DNA of 64,000 nt. It comes from Yuukianura sp. NJ FZ-2021. Lineage: Eukaryota. The DNA lies in contig CM102287.1 of assembly GCA_046563655.1 (NCBI GenBank), positions 4,030,001 through 4,094,000 on the forward strand, given 5' to 3'. The notes beneath the pieces are model-generated. The model saw only the letters and a list, made by a program, of their open reading frames with translations, made no database searches and was not told the DNA's origin. How positions within the stretch are numbered: position 1 is the stretch's first letter; each line of letters begins with the position of its first letter. This document shows, one piece after another, positions 24,780 to 36,728 of the stretch. The translations under genes were made by a program, and so were the position numbers.

Positions 24780-26717
24780 ATGCATGTTGTTGGCCTGTCA
24801 GGGATCGTGTGTCTTCTAGTATTCAACGAAAACCTGCAGATGACCTGCACCCAACCTCCTCGACCTTGTGAACTAGACAAAGCAACTGGAACTTGGCGTA
24901 AGATACACTCTCTGTGACCTTTGACCTTAACAAAACTTAGGTTATAATAAATATATATTATATTGTATTAATATTATATATTATATGAATTGTTTCTCAG
25001 GTTGTGAAACCGTGTATCCATGTGATACGTCCAGACGACAACCAGTATGCCATTGTCCTGCTGCCCGACCAATTTGGACTGGGAATGGAACGGAATGTCG
25101 AAATGCAGAACTCGGTGAACAATGTATTGCGAACTGTAAGGTCGACGTGAATTTCCGCGAAATCCGCGACGTGAAAATTCCCTAAGGCGGTTTATAATTT
25201 CTTTAGACCATTGCACCACTCCCCTTCGCTGCATAAACCAAAAATGTGATTTGATACAAAACGACCAACGTAGCAGTTTAAACGGTTCCTGTGTAGATGA
25301 AAGTACATTGCCAACAATCTTTTGAACTTTTTTACTCTTTCAAAATTTTGATTTTTGAAAATTTTGATTCTTGAAATTTTTAAAGGTTCCTGTATTTCTG
25401 AACAACGTCTGATCTGCACAAACCAGATATGTTCTTGTCCAGTAGGATATGAATGGAACCAGAATGCTTGTGAGAGAAAGCCGAAAAGAACGTTTGGTGG
25501 AGCCTGCAAAACAAGTGGTAAAATTCAAAATTTCAAGAAAAAACAAAGTTTTATGTTTTCGATTTTGAATTTTTTTTTTCATAGACGACTGCACCGCAGA
25601 AAAAGGATTGGTATGCGTTAAACAAACATGCTCGTGTGAACCAGGCTTTATCTGGACCGAAGCCATTTGTGAACCCAAATCGAACCAGCCGCAGTGCGAT
25701 CCATCGGAATCACGTTAGATGACCTTTGACCTTAACAATTTTTTTTCTTGACCTTTGACCTTTATTTAGCAAACGAGTGTGAAAAAAATTCGATGCAAAT
25801 GGAATGTGACAAAACGGAAAGAATTTGTCGCTGTCCAGCAGACATGGAATTCTCTGAAATTACACAAGCTTGTAGGCGGAAAGCTGGAGAGAAGTGTGAG
25901 GTCAACGGTCAAGTGCAAGATGACCTCTGCGCAAGTCAGCATTGCAACAACACACAGATTGCTTATGTCTGCGCATGTCGACATCCCAATGGAGTCGCAA
26001 AAACTTGGTCATCTGATCCTGGTCAGGAGTGTGTCACTGACTACTTCCACATGCCCTGTAATGGTTAGCGACATTAAGAACTTATATTCCCCAAAAATAA
26101 TTTTGTAAAAAAAATTTCGAAATTCATTTTTTTAAATTTTGTTTAGGATCGAATGACGAGTGTCGTCCAGCGACATTCAACGCTAGTCGCGAAGGACTCA
26201 TTTGCAAAGACAATTTGTGTCAATGTGACCCAAAATTAAACTACAGAAGAGGCTACTGCGTCGAAGCCAATCTTCTGTTCGACGAACCGTGTGACTCAAG
26301 TAAGTGACCTTGACCTTTGACCTCAAATTTGGATGACCTTTGACCTGGAGTTAATTTGGATTCACTTTTGTAGATGGATTTCGTCCTACCTGCCGGGGAG
26401 ATGCTGAGACGTCGCTGACTTGTCGAGATGTTGGAGGAGGAGACTTCAGATGCGTGTGTCTCTGGCGTGAAATGACGATACGCGGGAAAAGAGAAACTGT
26501 TGCGTTGAGCTGGAATGCTGCCGAGAAGAAGTGTGACCTCAAACCAACTGGGGAACGCTGCAACGGAAACTATGAGTGTCGAAGTGGCGTGTGTCGTGTG
26601 ACATGTCAAGCTCCCAAGACTGTCCAACACCAAGCGAATTCAACTGGAACGAAAATTAGCAACTTAGTTCTTATTCCATTTAGCACAATTTTCGTAGTTT
26701 CTTTCGGTACGGACTGA
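24780..26717 (+). CDS. Cys-rich EB-module-like surface protein, copy 1 (most divergent), 8 exons, signal peptide and GPI-like tail
   Basis: MHVVGLSGIVCLLVFNENLQ...; exons from 24780, 25001, 25207, 25386, ~25585, ~25770, ~26147 and ~26374, joined by phase-1 GT-AG introns; repeated C-x5-6-C-x4-CxC-x2-G-x2-W-x4-C; hydrophobic C-terminus with no cytoplasmic tail. Confidence 0.85.
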
Positions 26718-26966
26718 ATTAAAAGTTTTTGAATTTCGAAAATTGCCAGATTTCAGGCCAAAAAAATTTCAAAGAGTTTGAAAAATATACAGTAGATACT
26801 ATAAACTAATGCAACGTCGTCTGAGTGATAGCTATTCCCTGACTTATTTTGTTTACTGAATAACCAGTTTTCAAAACAGGAATTCAAATTTTAAAAGTCA
26901 CACATTTTGAAAAACGGAACTTTCTAAAAACAATTCTAAACCTTTAACCAAATTTTTTTTTTGGAA

Positions 26967-29087
26967 ATGTTCTGCGTTCTCTCCGCAATAATTTTCCTTG
27001 TAGTCTTCTACGGAAACCACCTTGAGCAGTCCTATGTCGCCGGTCAGGGTCAAGCACCACCCTGTGAAGAACGTGAACCCGGAAAACAATGTACGTAAGC
27101 TTTTGCGTGACCTTTGACCTTCTCCAAATTGAGTTAAGTTGACCTAGTTATGCTATGAATTGGTATCCTAGGTAATTAGTTTAGACTTGACGTTGCTACA
27201 ACTTAACGACTCGTCATTTCAGTTTGTCAACGCCTTTACCCGTGCACTAAGACTGGTCGGCCATGTTGTCCCTATGGCACACCAATTCGGGAAAAGGAAG
27301 GAACGAGCAACTGTCGCAAAGCCAATGCCGGAGAACCATGCAATGCCGATAGTACAGCAATCACTACATAAATTTTTTTCAAAAAAAAAAATTCAAAAAA
27401 ATGTGTAGTTTTTAAAAGAAAACTTTTTGAACTTTGTTTCTTTTAAAAAACTGTTTTTCTTTTTAGTGCATTGTGCCTCCGCTAATTGTGACATAGTCAA
27501 AAAGCAATGTAATGCGGAAGGGAAGCCAACACAGAATAAGACCGAGAACATCAATGGTCCCTGTGTGGATGACAGTTCGTTTTTGAAATTTTGTTCAAAT
27601 TCTATTCAAATTCTTATCATTTCAAAATTTTAATTCTTTTTTGAAAATTCTGTAGGTTCTTGCGATCGTAAACAAAGTTTGGTCTGCAGGGATAAGAAAT
27701 GTTCCTGCAAATCAGGATTTTTTTGGTCAAAAATCGTATGTGACAGAGTCTCCAAGAAAACGTTTAACGGAACATGCACAACAGACAGTAAATTTGAAAA
27801 AAAGTTGATCTCTTTTTTCAAAATTTTGAGTTTATGCTATTTTTTGAAAAATTAGGCGACTGCATCACAGAGCGACAACTGAAATGTATCAACAAAAAAT
27901 GTGGGTGTGCCAAAGATTTTATTTGGTCCGAACAAATTTGTAAAGCAAAAAAGGAGCAAACAGAATGTGATCCACTTGCCGAAGGTTAGTTGACCTTTGA
28001 CCTAACTTTTTTGATCTTTTGACCTGCTGAGACTTTTGTTTTGTGAATTAGTCAACGAATGTACACAAAAGTCGAACCAAATGGAATGTGACGACAACGA
28101 TCAAATTTGTCGCTGTCCACTGGACATGGAATTTTCTTCAGCGACGCAGTCGTGTAAGCTCCAAGCTGGAAAAAACTGTACGACCAACAACACTATGGAC
28201 CATGACCGCTGTGCAAGTCAACTGTGTGAAGCAAACGGAACAGGTTATATTAAATCTAATAATTATAATCTATAAATTATATTAAATATATAAAATATAT
28301 TAACCTCAGATTATACTTGCGCATGTCCACAAGTCGATGGAGTCACGAAAATTTGGTCATCTGACCCAGAAGGATGTCTCACTGACTACTTCAAGTTCGC
28401 CTGCACACGCACAGGTTGCTCCATATACAAATCTTTTCCTAAAAACCACTTTTTCAAAAAGTTTGAATTTTTGTAACTTCTTCTTTGAATTTTTTACACT
28501 TTTTTTTTTGAATTTTAGGAACTAGCGACGAGTGTCGTCCGGGAAGATTCAACTACAATCGTGAAGGACTCATTTGCAAAGACAATTTGTGTCAATGTGA
28601 AAAAGGTTTGACCTACCGTCGAGGCTACTGCGTCAAAGCTGACCTCCTGTTCAACCAGCCTTGTGACGTTAGTGAGTGACCTTGACCTTTGACCTCAAAT
28701 TTCTTTGCATGATCTTTGACCTCGAGTTAGTTTGGATTCATTTGTACTTTTGTAGATGGAATTCGTCCTACCTGCAAGGCAGATGCTGACTTGACTTGTC
28801 GCGATGTGGGAGGTGGAGACTTCAGATGCGTGTGTCTCTTGCGTGACGTGACCGTGCGAAACAGAAGAGAGACTGTTGCGTTGACGTGGAATGCTGACGA
28901 GAAGAAATGTGACCTCAAACCGCCTGGGGAACGGTGTAATGGAGCCTACGAGTGTCGAAGTGGCGACTGTAAAGTGACATGTCAAGTAGCCTTGCCTAAA
29001 CGACAACGAGCTACCTCGACTGGAACCAAAATCAGGAACTACGTATTTCTTATAATTCTATTCAGTGTGATTGTCACTCATTTTTAA
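26967..29087 (+). CDS. Cys-rich EB-module-like surface protein, copy 2 (extra intron in exon 6)
   Basis: MFCVLSAIIFLVVFYGNHLEQSYVAG...; same exon series; AT-rich intron at 28244-28309; ends ...STGTKIRNYVFLIILFSVIVTHF*. Confidence 0.85.
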
Positions 29088-29239
29088 TATATGTATTGAC
29101 GGCAATAAATAAACCATACGGAAGTAGCAAAAGGAAGAGAAAACAAGCCGGAAGTAATGCACTTCCGGTCAAACCGGAAACGAATTAATCACCCCCAGCC
29201 AGAATTCTCAAAATTTCAAGTTTTTCAAAAAAAAATTAG

Positions 29240-29792
29240 GATCCGCCGACGAGTGTCGTGCAGGAATTTTAACACGCGTCGTCAAGGCCTCATTTGCAAA
29301 AACCACATTTGCCAATGTGATGAAGGTTTGACCTACAAACGAGGCTACTGCGTCCTAGCTAACCTACTCTACGGCGATCCCTGTGACCCGGGTGAGTGAC
29401 CTCGACCTTTGACCTCTAGTTAGTTTAGATTCATTTGTACTTCTTTAGATGGATTTCGTCCCAGCTGTCGGGGAGATGCTGAGACGTCGCTGACTTGTCG
29501 AGATGTGGGAGGAGGAGACTTCAGATGCGTGTGTCTCTGGCGTGAAATGACGATACGCGGGAAAAGAGAAACTGTTGCGTTGAGCTGGAATGCTGCCGAG
29601 AAGAAGTGTGACCTCAAACCAACTGGGGAACGCTGCAACGGAAACTATGAGTGTCGAAGTGGAGTCTGTAAAGTGACATGTCAAGCACCCAAGACTGTCC
29701 AACACCAAGCGAATTCAACTGGAACGAAAATTAGCAACTTAGTTCTTATTCCATTTAGCACAATTTTCGTAGTTTCTTTCGGTACGGACTGA
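29240..29792 (+). other. Orphan 3' half of an array gene (exon 7 plus intact terminal exon); partial duplicate or alternative last exons
   Basis: Acceptor ttag at 29236-29239, exon-7 homolog, intron, then a terminal exon nearly identical to that of copy 1 (…NSTGTKISNLVLIPFSTIFVVSFGTD*); no upstream exons 1-6. Confidence 0.75.
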
Positions 29793-30220
29793 AATAAAGT
29801 TTTCGAATTTGGAAAATTGCCAAAATTGAACAAAAGTATAGCGACTGCAACGAAAGTAAGAAACCACGCATTTCTTAATCCGTTTAGCTTCACGTTCGTA
29901 GTTATTTTTTTGTTTGAATAATTTAAGTTGTTGAAAGTTCAAACAAAAATTTTCAGTGCTAAACATTTCAAAAAGGTTTGAAATTTTCAACGTGTAGTAA
30001 GTACCACCTACTGTGTAAGTAGTATATGCAAATATTTGAAAAACCTGCAGTACTATTTACTATTTAGTGTAACGTCGTCTCGGTGTTGGTAGATTTTCAC
30101 CATTTTGTTTACTAAACAACCAGTTTTCAAAACAAGAATTTCAAAACAGTCTCACATTTTGAAAAACCGAATTTTCAAAAAAACAATTCCAACCTTTATG
30201 TAACCACAATTTTTTTGGAA

Positions 30221-32330
30221 ATGTGTTCTGCTGTCTCCACAATCATTTTCCTTGTAGTCTTCTACGGAAACCACCTTGAGCAGTCCTATGTCGCCGGTCA
30301 AGGTAACGAAGGTGAACCACCACCCTGTATAGGTGAACCCGGACAACAATGTACGTAAGCTTTTGCGTGACCTTTGACCTTTGACCTTCTCCAAATTGAG
30401 TTACTAACCTAGTTATGCTATGAGTTGGTACCCTATGTACTTAGTTTACACTTTACCTTGACAAACCTAACGACTCGTCATTTCAGTTTGTCAAGGCCTT
30501 TACCCGTGCAAGAAGAATGAACGGCCTTGTTGTCCCTTTGAAAAACCAATTCGGGAACAGGAAGGAACGAACAACTGTCGCAAAGCCAATGCCGGAGAAC
30601 CATGCTTAGAGAAGAGTAAAGCAATCACTACATAAATCACATAGATTTTTTCAAAAAAAAATCAAAAAAAAATGTGTAAAGTTTTTAAAAGTAAACTTTA
30701 CATTTTTTTGAATTTTGTTTCTTTTAAACAATTGTTTTTCTGTGTAGAGCATTGTGCGTCTGATAATTGTGACATAGCCAAACAACAATGTAAAGCGGAC
30801 GGGAAGCCACCAAAACAGAATAAGACCGAGAACATCAATGGTCCCTGTGTGGATGACAGTTCGTTTTTGAAATTTTGTTCAAATTCTATTCAAATTCTTA
30901 TCATTTCAAAATTTTAATTCTTTTTTGAAAATTGTATAGGTTCTTGCGATCGTAAACAAAGTTTGGTCTGCAGGGATAAGAAATGTTCCTGCAAAACAGG
31001 ATTTTTTTGGTCAGAAATCGTATGTGACAAAGTCTCCAAGAAAACGTTTAACGGAACATGCACAACAGACAGTATGTTTCAAATTTGAAAAAAAGTTTAA
31101 CCTCTTTTCAAAATTTTGAGTTTATGCTATTTTTTGAAAAATTAGGCAACTGCATCACAGAGCGACAACTGAAATGTATCAACAAAAAATGTGGGTGTGC
31201 CAAAGATTTTATTTGGTCCGAACAAATTTGTAAAGCAAAAAAGGAGCAAACAGAATGTGATCCACTTGCCGAAGGTTAGTTGACCTTTGACCTAACTTTT
31301 TTTGACCTTTTGACCTGCTGAGACTTTTGTTTTGTGAATTAGTCAACGAATGTACACAAAAGTCGAACCAAATGGAATGTGACGACAACGATCAAATCTG
31401 TCGCTGTCCACTGGACATGGAATTTTCTTCAGCGACGCAGTCGTGTAAGCTCCGCGCAGGACAAAACTGTACGACAAATAACACTATGGACCATGACCGC
31501 TGTGCAAGTCAACTGTGTCGAATAAACGAAGCAGAATCAGAATCCACACATTATACTTGCGCATGTCCACAAGTCGATGGAGTCACGAAAATTTGGTCAT
31601 CTGACCCAGAAGGATGTCTCACTGACTACTTCAAGTTCGCCTGCACACGCACAGGTTGCTCCATATACAAACCTTTTACCTAAAAACCACTTATTTCAAA
31701 AAGTTTGAATTTTTGGAACTTTTTTTTTCCGAATTTGTTCAACTCTTTTTTGAATTTTAGGATCCAGCGACGAGTGTCGTCCGGGAACATTCAACCACGA
31801 TCGTGACGGACTGATCTGCAAAGACAATTTGTGTCAATGTGAAAAAGATTTGACTTACCGCCGAGGCTACTGCGTCAAAGCTGACCTCCTGTTCAACCAG
31901 CCTTGTGACGTTAGTGGGTGACCTTGACCTTTGACCTCAAATTTTTTTTCCCTGACCTTTGACCTCGACTTAGTTTGAATTTATTTGTACTTTTGTAGAT
32001 GGAATTCGTCCTACCTGCAAGGCCGATGCTGACTTGACTTGTCGAGATGTGGGAGGTGGAGACTTCAGATGCGTGTGTCTCTTGCGTGAAATAACCGTGC
32101 GAAACAGAAGAGAGACTGTTGCGTTGACGTGGAATGCTGACGAGAAGAAATGTGACCTCAAACCGCCTGGGGAACGGTGTAATGGAGCCTACGAGTGTCG
32201 AAGTGGCGACTGTAAAGTGACATGTCAAGTAGCCTTGCCTAGACGACAACGAGCGACATCGACTGGAACCAAAATCAGGAACTACGTATTTCTTATAATT
32301 CTATTCAGTGTGATTGTCACTCATTTTTAA
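30221..32330 (+). CDS. Cys-rich EB-module-like surface protein, copy 3
   Basis: MCSAVSTIIFLVVFYGNHLEQ...; near-identical to copy 2 over much of its length, but exon 6 is uninterrupted. Confidence 0.85.
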
Positions 32331-32494
32331 TGTTTTGACGGTAATAAATAAACTATCGTAAACGCCATACCTAAGTAGCGAAAGGAAACTAGAGAAGACA
32401 ACCCGGAGGTGGTGCACTTCCGCTCAAACCGGAAACGAATGAATTACCCCCAACCAAAATTTTCAAAATTTCAAGTTTTTCAAAAAAAAATTAG

Positions 32495-32858
32495 GATCCG
32501 CCGACGAGTGTCGTGCAACAATTCTTAACACGCGTCGTCAAGGACTCATTTGCAAGAGCCACATTTGTCAATGTCGTGAAGGTTTGAACTACACGAGAGG
32601 CTACTGCGTCCTAGCTAACTCGTTGTTCGACGATCCCTGTGACCCGGGTGCGTGACCTTGACCTTTGACCTCAACTTTCTTTGCATGACCTTTGACTTCG
32701 AGTTAGTTTGGATTCATTTGTACTTTTGTAGAATGTAAAGTACATGTCAAGCACCCAAGGCTGTCCAACACCAAGCGAATTCAACTGGAACGAAAATTAG
32801 CAACTTAGTTCTTATTCCATTTAGCACCATTTTAGTAGCTTCTTTCGAAACGGATTGA
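32495..32858 (+). pseudogene. Second orphan 3' half; terminal exon with a ~200-nt deletion
   Basis: Exon-7 homolog from 32495. After the acceptor (~32731) the sequence jumps directly to tgtaaagtacatgtcaagcaccc, missing the DGFRP...ECRSG block. Confidence 0.75.
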
Positions 32859-33136
32859 AATAAAGTTTGCGAATTTTGAAAATTGCCAAAGTACAGCGAC
32901 TGCAACGAAAATCAGAAACTACTCATTGCTTCTTCTTATTTCTTATTTTTAAGCATTTCTTATACTTATCTTTACGTTCATAGTTATTAAATTTTTGAAT
33001 TGTAATAAGTGAAGTTTTTGAAAGTTCAAAAATTTTCAGTGCTAAACATTTGAAAAAAGGTTTGAAATTTTCAACGTGTAATAAGTACTATTGTTATGTA
33101 CTCCTATGTAAGTAGTATTTGGAGATTGCTTTTGCT

Positions 33137-33375
33137 CAGCCCACAGCGTTCCTACGTAGCAACCATTGTTGACGCTCAAACTGGGGAATGTGACGTCACT
33201 CGTCGAAGAGGGTGTTTTCTAAGTTTGTTACGAATAATGTTGTTTCATGTTAATGGTGATAGGTAGAGCAGCAGTGAACACACGGTAATTTTTCGAAAAG
33301 TGACGTCACTTGGCGAAAAAACGCCATAGCAACCAAACACCCTCGGACGGCGCCACCTTATATTATAACACCTTG
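33137..33375. mobile_element. Putative small insertion flanked by a 9-bp direct repeat GCTTTTGCT
   Basis: Absent from the paralogous spacer at ~30020-30040; GCTTTTGCT at 33128-33136 and 33376-33384; the two ends do not form a clean TIR. Confidence 0.45.
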
Positions 33376-33570
33376 GCTTTTGCTAATGTTTGAAAAACCA
33401 GCAGTTAGTTAGTGCAACGTCGTCTCGGTGCGGTGTTGGTAGCTTTTCTCCATTTTGTTTACTAAACAAGCGCTTTTCAAAACATGAATAATTCGAATTA
33501 TTCGAGTTTTAAAAGTCACACAGTTTGAAAAACGGAATTTTCTAAAAACAATTCTAAATTTTTTTTGGAA

Positions 33571-35734
33571 ATGCATTCTGTTCTCTCCGCAATCATTTTC
33601 CTTCTAGTCTTCTACGGAAACCACTTTCAGCAGTCCTACGTCGCCGGTCAGGGTCAAGCACCACTCTGCGAAGGTGAACCCGGATGTACGTAAGCTTTTG
33701 CGTGACCTTTGACCTTCTCCAAATTGAGTTAAGTTGACCTAATTAGTTATACTTTAAGTTGGTACCCTATGAAGTTACTTGACGTTGATACAACTTAACG
33801 ACTTGTCATTTCAGTTTGTCAAGGCCTTTACCCGTGCAATAAGAATGAACGGCCTTGTTGTCCCTTTGGAGAACCAATTCAGGAAGGAGAGAGAAGCTGC
33901 CGCAAAGCAAATGGCGGAGAACCATGCGACCGGAATAGTACAGCAATCACTACATAAATTACATACATTTTTTCAGAAAGATGTTTCTAAAAGACAACTT
34001 TACATTTTTTTTAAAATTGTGTTTCTTTTAAAAATCTGTTTTTCTGTGTAGTTCATTGTGAGTCTGCTAATTGTGACAAAGACAAAAAACAATGTGATGG
34101 GGGCGGGGGAGGGAAGCCAAAACAGAATAAGACGGAGGACGTCGATGGGCCATGTGTGGATGACAGTTCGTTTTTGAAATTTCGAAATTTTGTTCTTTTC
34201 AAATTTTTATCATTTCGAAATTTTGATTCTTTTTTGAAAATTCTGTAGGGTCTTGCGATCCTAAACAAAGTTTGGTCTGCAAGAATAAGAAATGTTCCTG
34301 TAAACCAGGATTCATTTGGTCAAAAAACGTATGTGACAGAGTCTTCAACAAAACTTTTAGAGGAACATGCACAAAAGACAGTATGTTTCAAATTTGAGAA
34401 AAAGTGGACCTTTTTTTCAAAATTTTGAGTTTGTGCTGTTTTTGAAAAATTAGGCAACTGCATCACAGAGCGACAACTGAAATGTATCAACAAAACATGT
34501 GGGTGCGCCAAAGATTTTATTTGGTCCGAAGCAATTTGTGAAGCCAAAGTGAAGCAGACGGAATGTGATCCACTTGCCGAAAGTTAGTTGACCTTTGACC
34601 TAATTTTTTTTGACCTTTTGACCTATTGAGGCTTTTTTTGCGAATTAGCAAACGTGTGTACACAAAGTTCAACCCAAATGGAATGTGACGAAAAGGAAAA
34701 AATTTGTCGCTGTCCACTGGACATGGAATTTTCTTCAGCGACGCAGTCGTGTAAGCTCCAAGCAGGAAAAAACTGTACGACCAACAACACTATGGACCAT
34801 GACCGCTGTGCAAGTCAACGGTGTGAAGCAAACGGAACAGGTTATATTAAATCTATAAATATATTAATTATTATCTAATAATTATAATCTATAAATTATA
34901 TTAAATATATAAAATATATTAACCCCAGATTATACTTGTGCATGTGGACAAGTCGATGGAGTTGCGAAAATTTGGTCATCTGACCCAGGTCGAGGATGTG
35001 TCACTGACTACTTCATGCTCCCCTGCACACGCCCTGGTTACTCCATATACAAATCTTGTCCTAAAAAACCACTTTTTCAAAAAGTTTGAATTTTTTACTT
35101 TTTTTTCTTCTAAATTTGTTCAACTTTTTTTGAATTTTAGGATACAGGGACGAGTGTCGCCCGGGGAGATTTAACGCCAGTCGTGACGGACTCATTTGCA
35201 AAGACTATTTGTGTCAATGTGAAAAAGATTTGACCTATCGCCGAGGCTACTGCGTCAAAGCTAACCTCCTGTTCAACGGTCGCTGTGACCCGGGTGAGTG
35301 ACCTTGACCTTTGACCTCAACTTTCTTTGCATGACCTTTGACCTGGAGTTAGTTTGGATTCATTTGCACTTTTTGTAGATGGATTTCGTCCTACCTGCCG
35401 GGGAGATGCTGAGACGTCGCTGACTTGTCGAGATGTGGGAGGTGGAGACTTCAGATGCGTGTGTCTCTTGCGTGACGTGACCGTGCGAAACAGAAGAGAG
35501 ACTGTTGCGTTGACGTGGAATGCTGACGAGAAGAAATGTGACCTCAAACCGCCTGGGGAACGGTGTAATGGAGCCTACGAGTGTCGAAGTGGCGACTGTA
35601 AAGTGACATGTCAAGTAGCCTTGCCTAGACGACAACGAGCTACCTCGACTGGAACCAAAATCCTGAACGGCGCATTTCTGATAATTCTATTTAGCCTGAT
35701 TGCCACTCAAATTTGTGTGCCCAAAGATTTTTAA
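33571..35734 (+). CDS. Cys-rich EB-module-like surface protein, copy 4 (extra intron in exon 6)
   Basis: MHSVLSAIIFLLVFYGNHFQQ...; AT-rich intron at 34841-34928; terminal ORF 35354-35734. Confidence 0.85.
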
Positions 35735-36058
35735 GGGGAGACAGCAGGTCAATAAAAATAACCCCAAATAACGTTTTGTAGACATGGCAACGACTGAGAA
35801 TTGAGAAATCCCACATTACGTAATCATGCAAAACCCGGCCGGGTGGATTCTTTACGATTGAAATTTTGTACAACTCATGCTAACTCGCGAATCACTGCGT
35901 AAAATTTCAAATTTGAGAACCATTCGCGGTTTCTCTAAATAGGCATGGCGAAGTGGGTGAGACATTTCTTAGCCTCAATTCTCAGGTTGCCCCAACTCTT
36001 AGTGACGTAATACGAAATTGTAAATTGTAAACAAGAAATTCGTGAACTCTGACCCAAT

Positions 36059-36375
36059 CTTGTGGTGCATTTCCTGTATGATTGGTTAGGCGCTCAAAAA
36101 ATTACGACCACACTTTTCGCATTAGCATACGCTGCTCCACATCCCGAGAGTTTGCTATTTGACGAATCTTCAACCGTTTTGCCGTACGAAGCAAAAGAAG
36201 GCAGAAATCCAAGGATTTCTGAAACGTCTTCCAGAAAACCTATGTTTTCTGAAGGAAGGGTCTTGTTTTGGTCCGAAAGCAAACTCTCGGGATGTGTAGC
36301 AGCGTATGCTAATGCGAAAAGTGTGGTCGTAGTTTTTTGAGCGACTAACCAATCAGGCAATAAATGCACCAAAAG
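36059..36375. mobile_element. Fold-back/MITE-like element with ~100-bp inverted arms
   Basis: 36059-~36163 is the reverse complement of ~36271-36375 with few mismatches, which is why the ORF track shows mirror-image ORFs. Two small hairpins lie in the loop. No TSD resolved. Confidence 0.75.
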
Positions 36376-36728
36376 TCTTATGTGAAATCGCGTATAAGTG
36401 AATCTGTCTATCCTAATCTTAAAAACAAAAAAAAATTATTAACGAAAAGAAAAAAAAATTGAAATCGTCATGACAACTCTATGTGTGTGCCTTTCTGTAC
36501 ATTTTGATTCATAATTTTTGAATAGGTGAATAATTTGAATAACTACGATGATTTTGTTGTCACTTTTAAGTCGTCATGCGGTTTTAGCATGAGAAATGTA
36601 AGCCTACATTTTTTTTTACTACAAACATTTCAAAGTTCGAAGGGGAGTGATTTTTTTTTGAAATTCGACAGTTTCGACAATTTTTTTTACACTAATTTCA
36701 AATTTTATTAAGTAGATTTTTTTTTGAA

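Noticed and set aside
36062..36372. Two similar ORFs on opposite strands (MVHFLYDW.../MVHLLPDW...)
   Set aside because: Artefact of the inverted repeat; no coding evidence.
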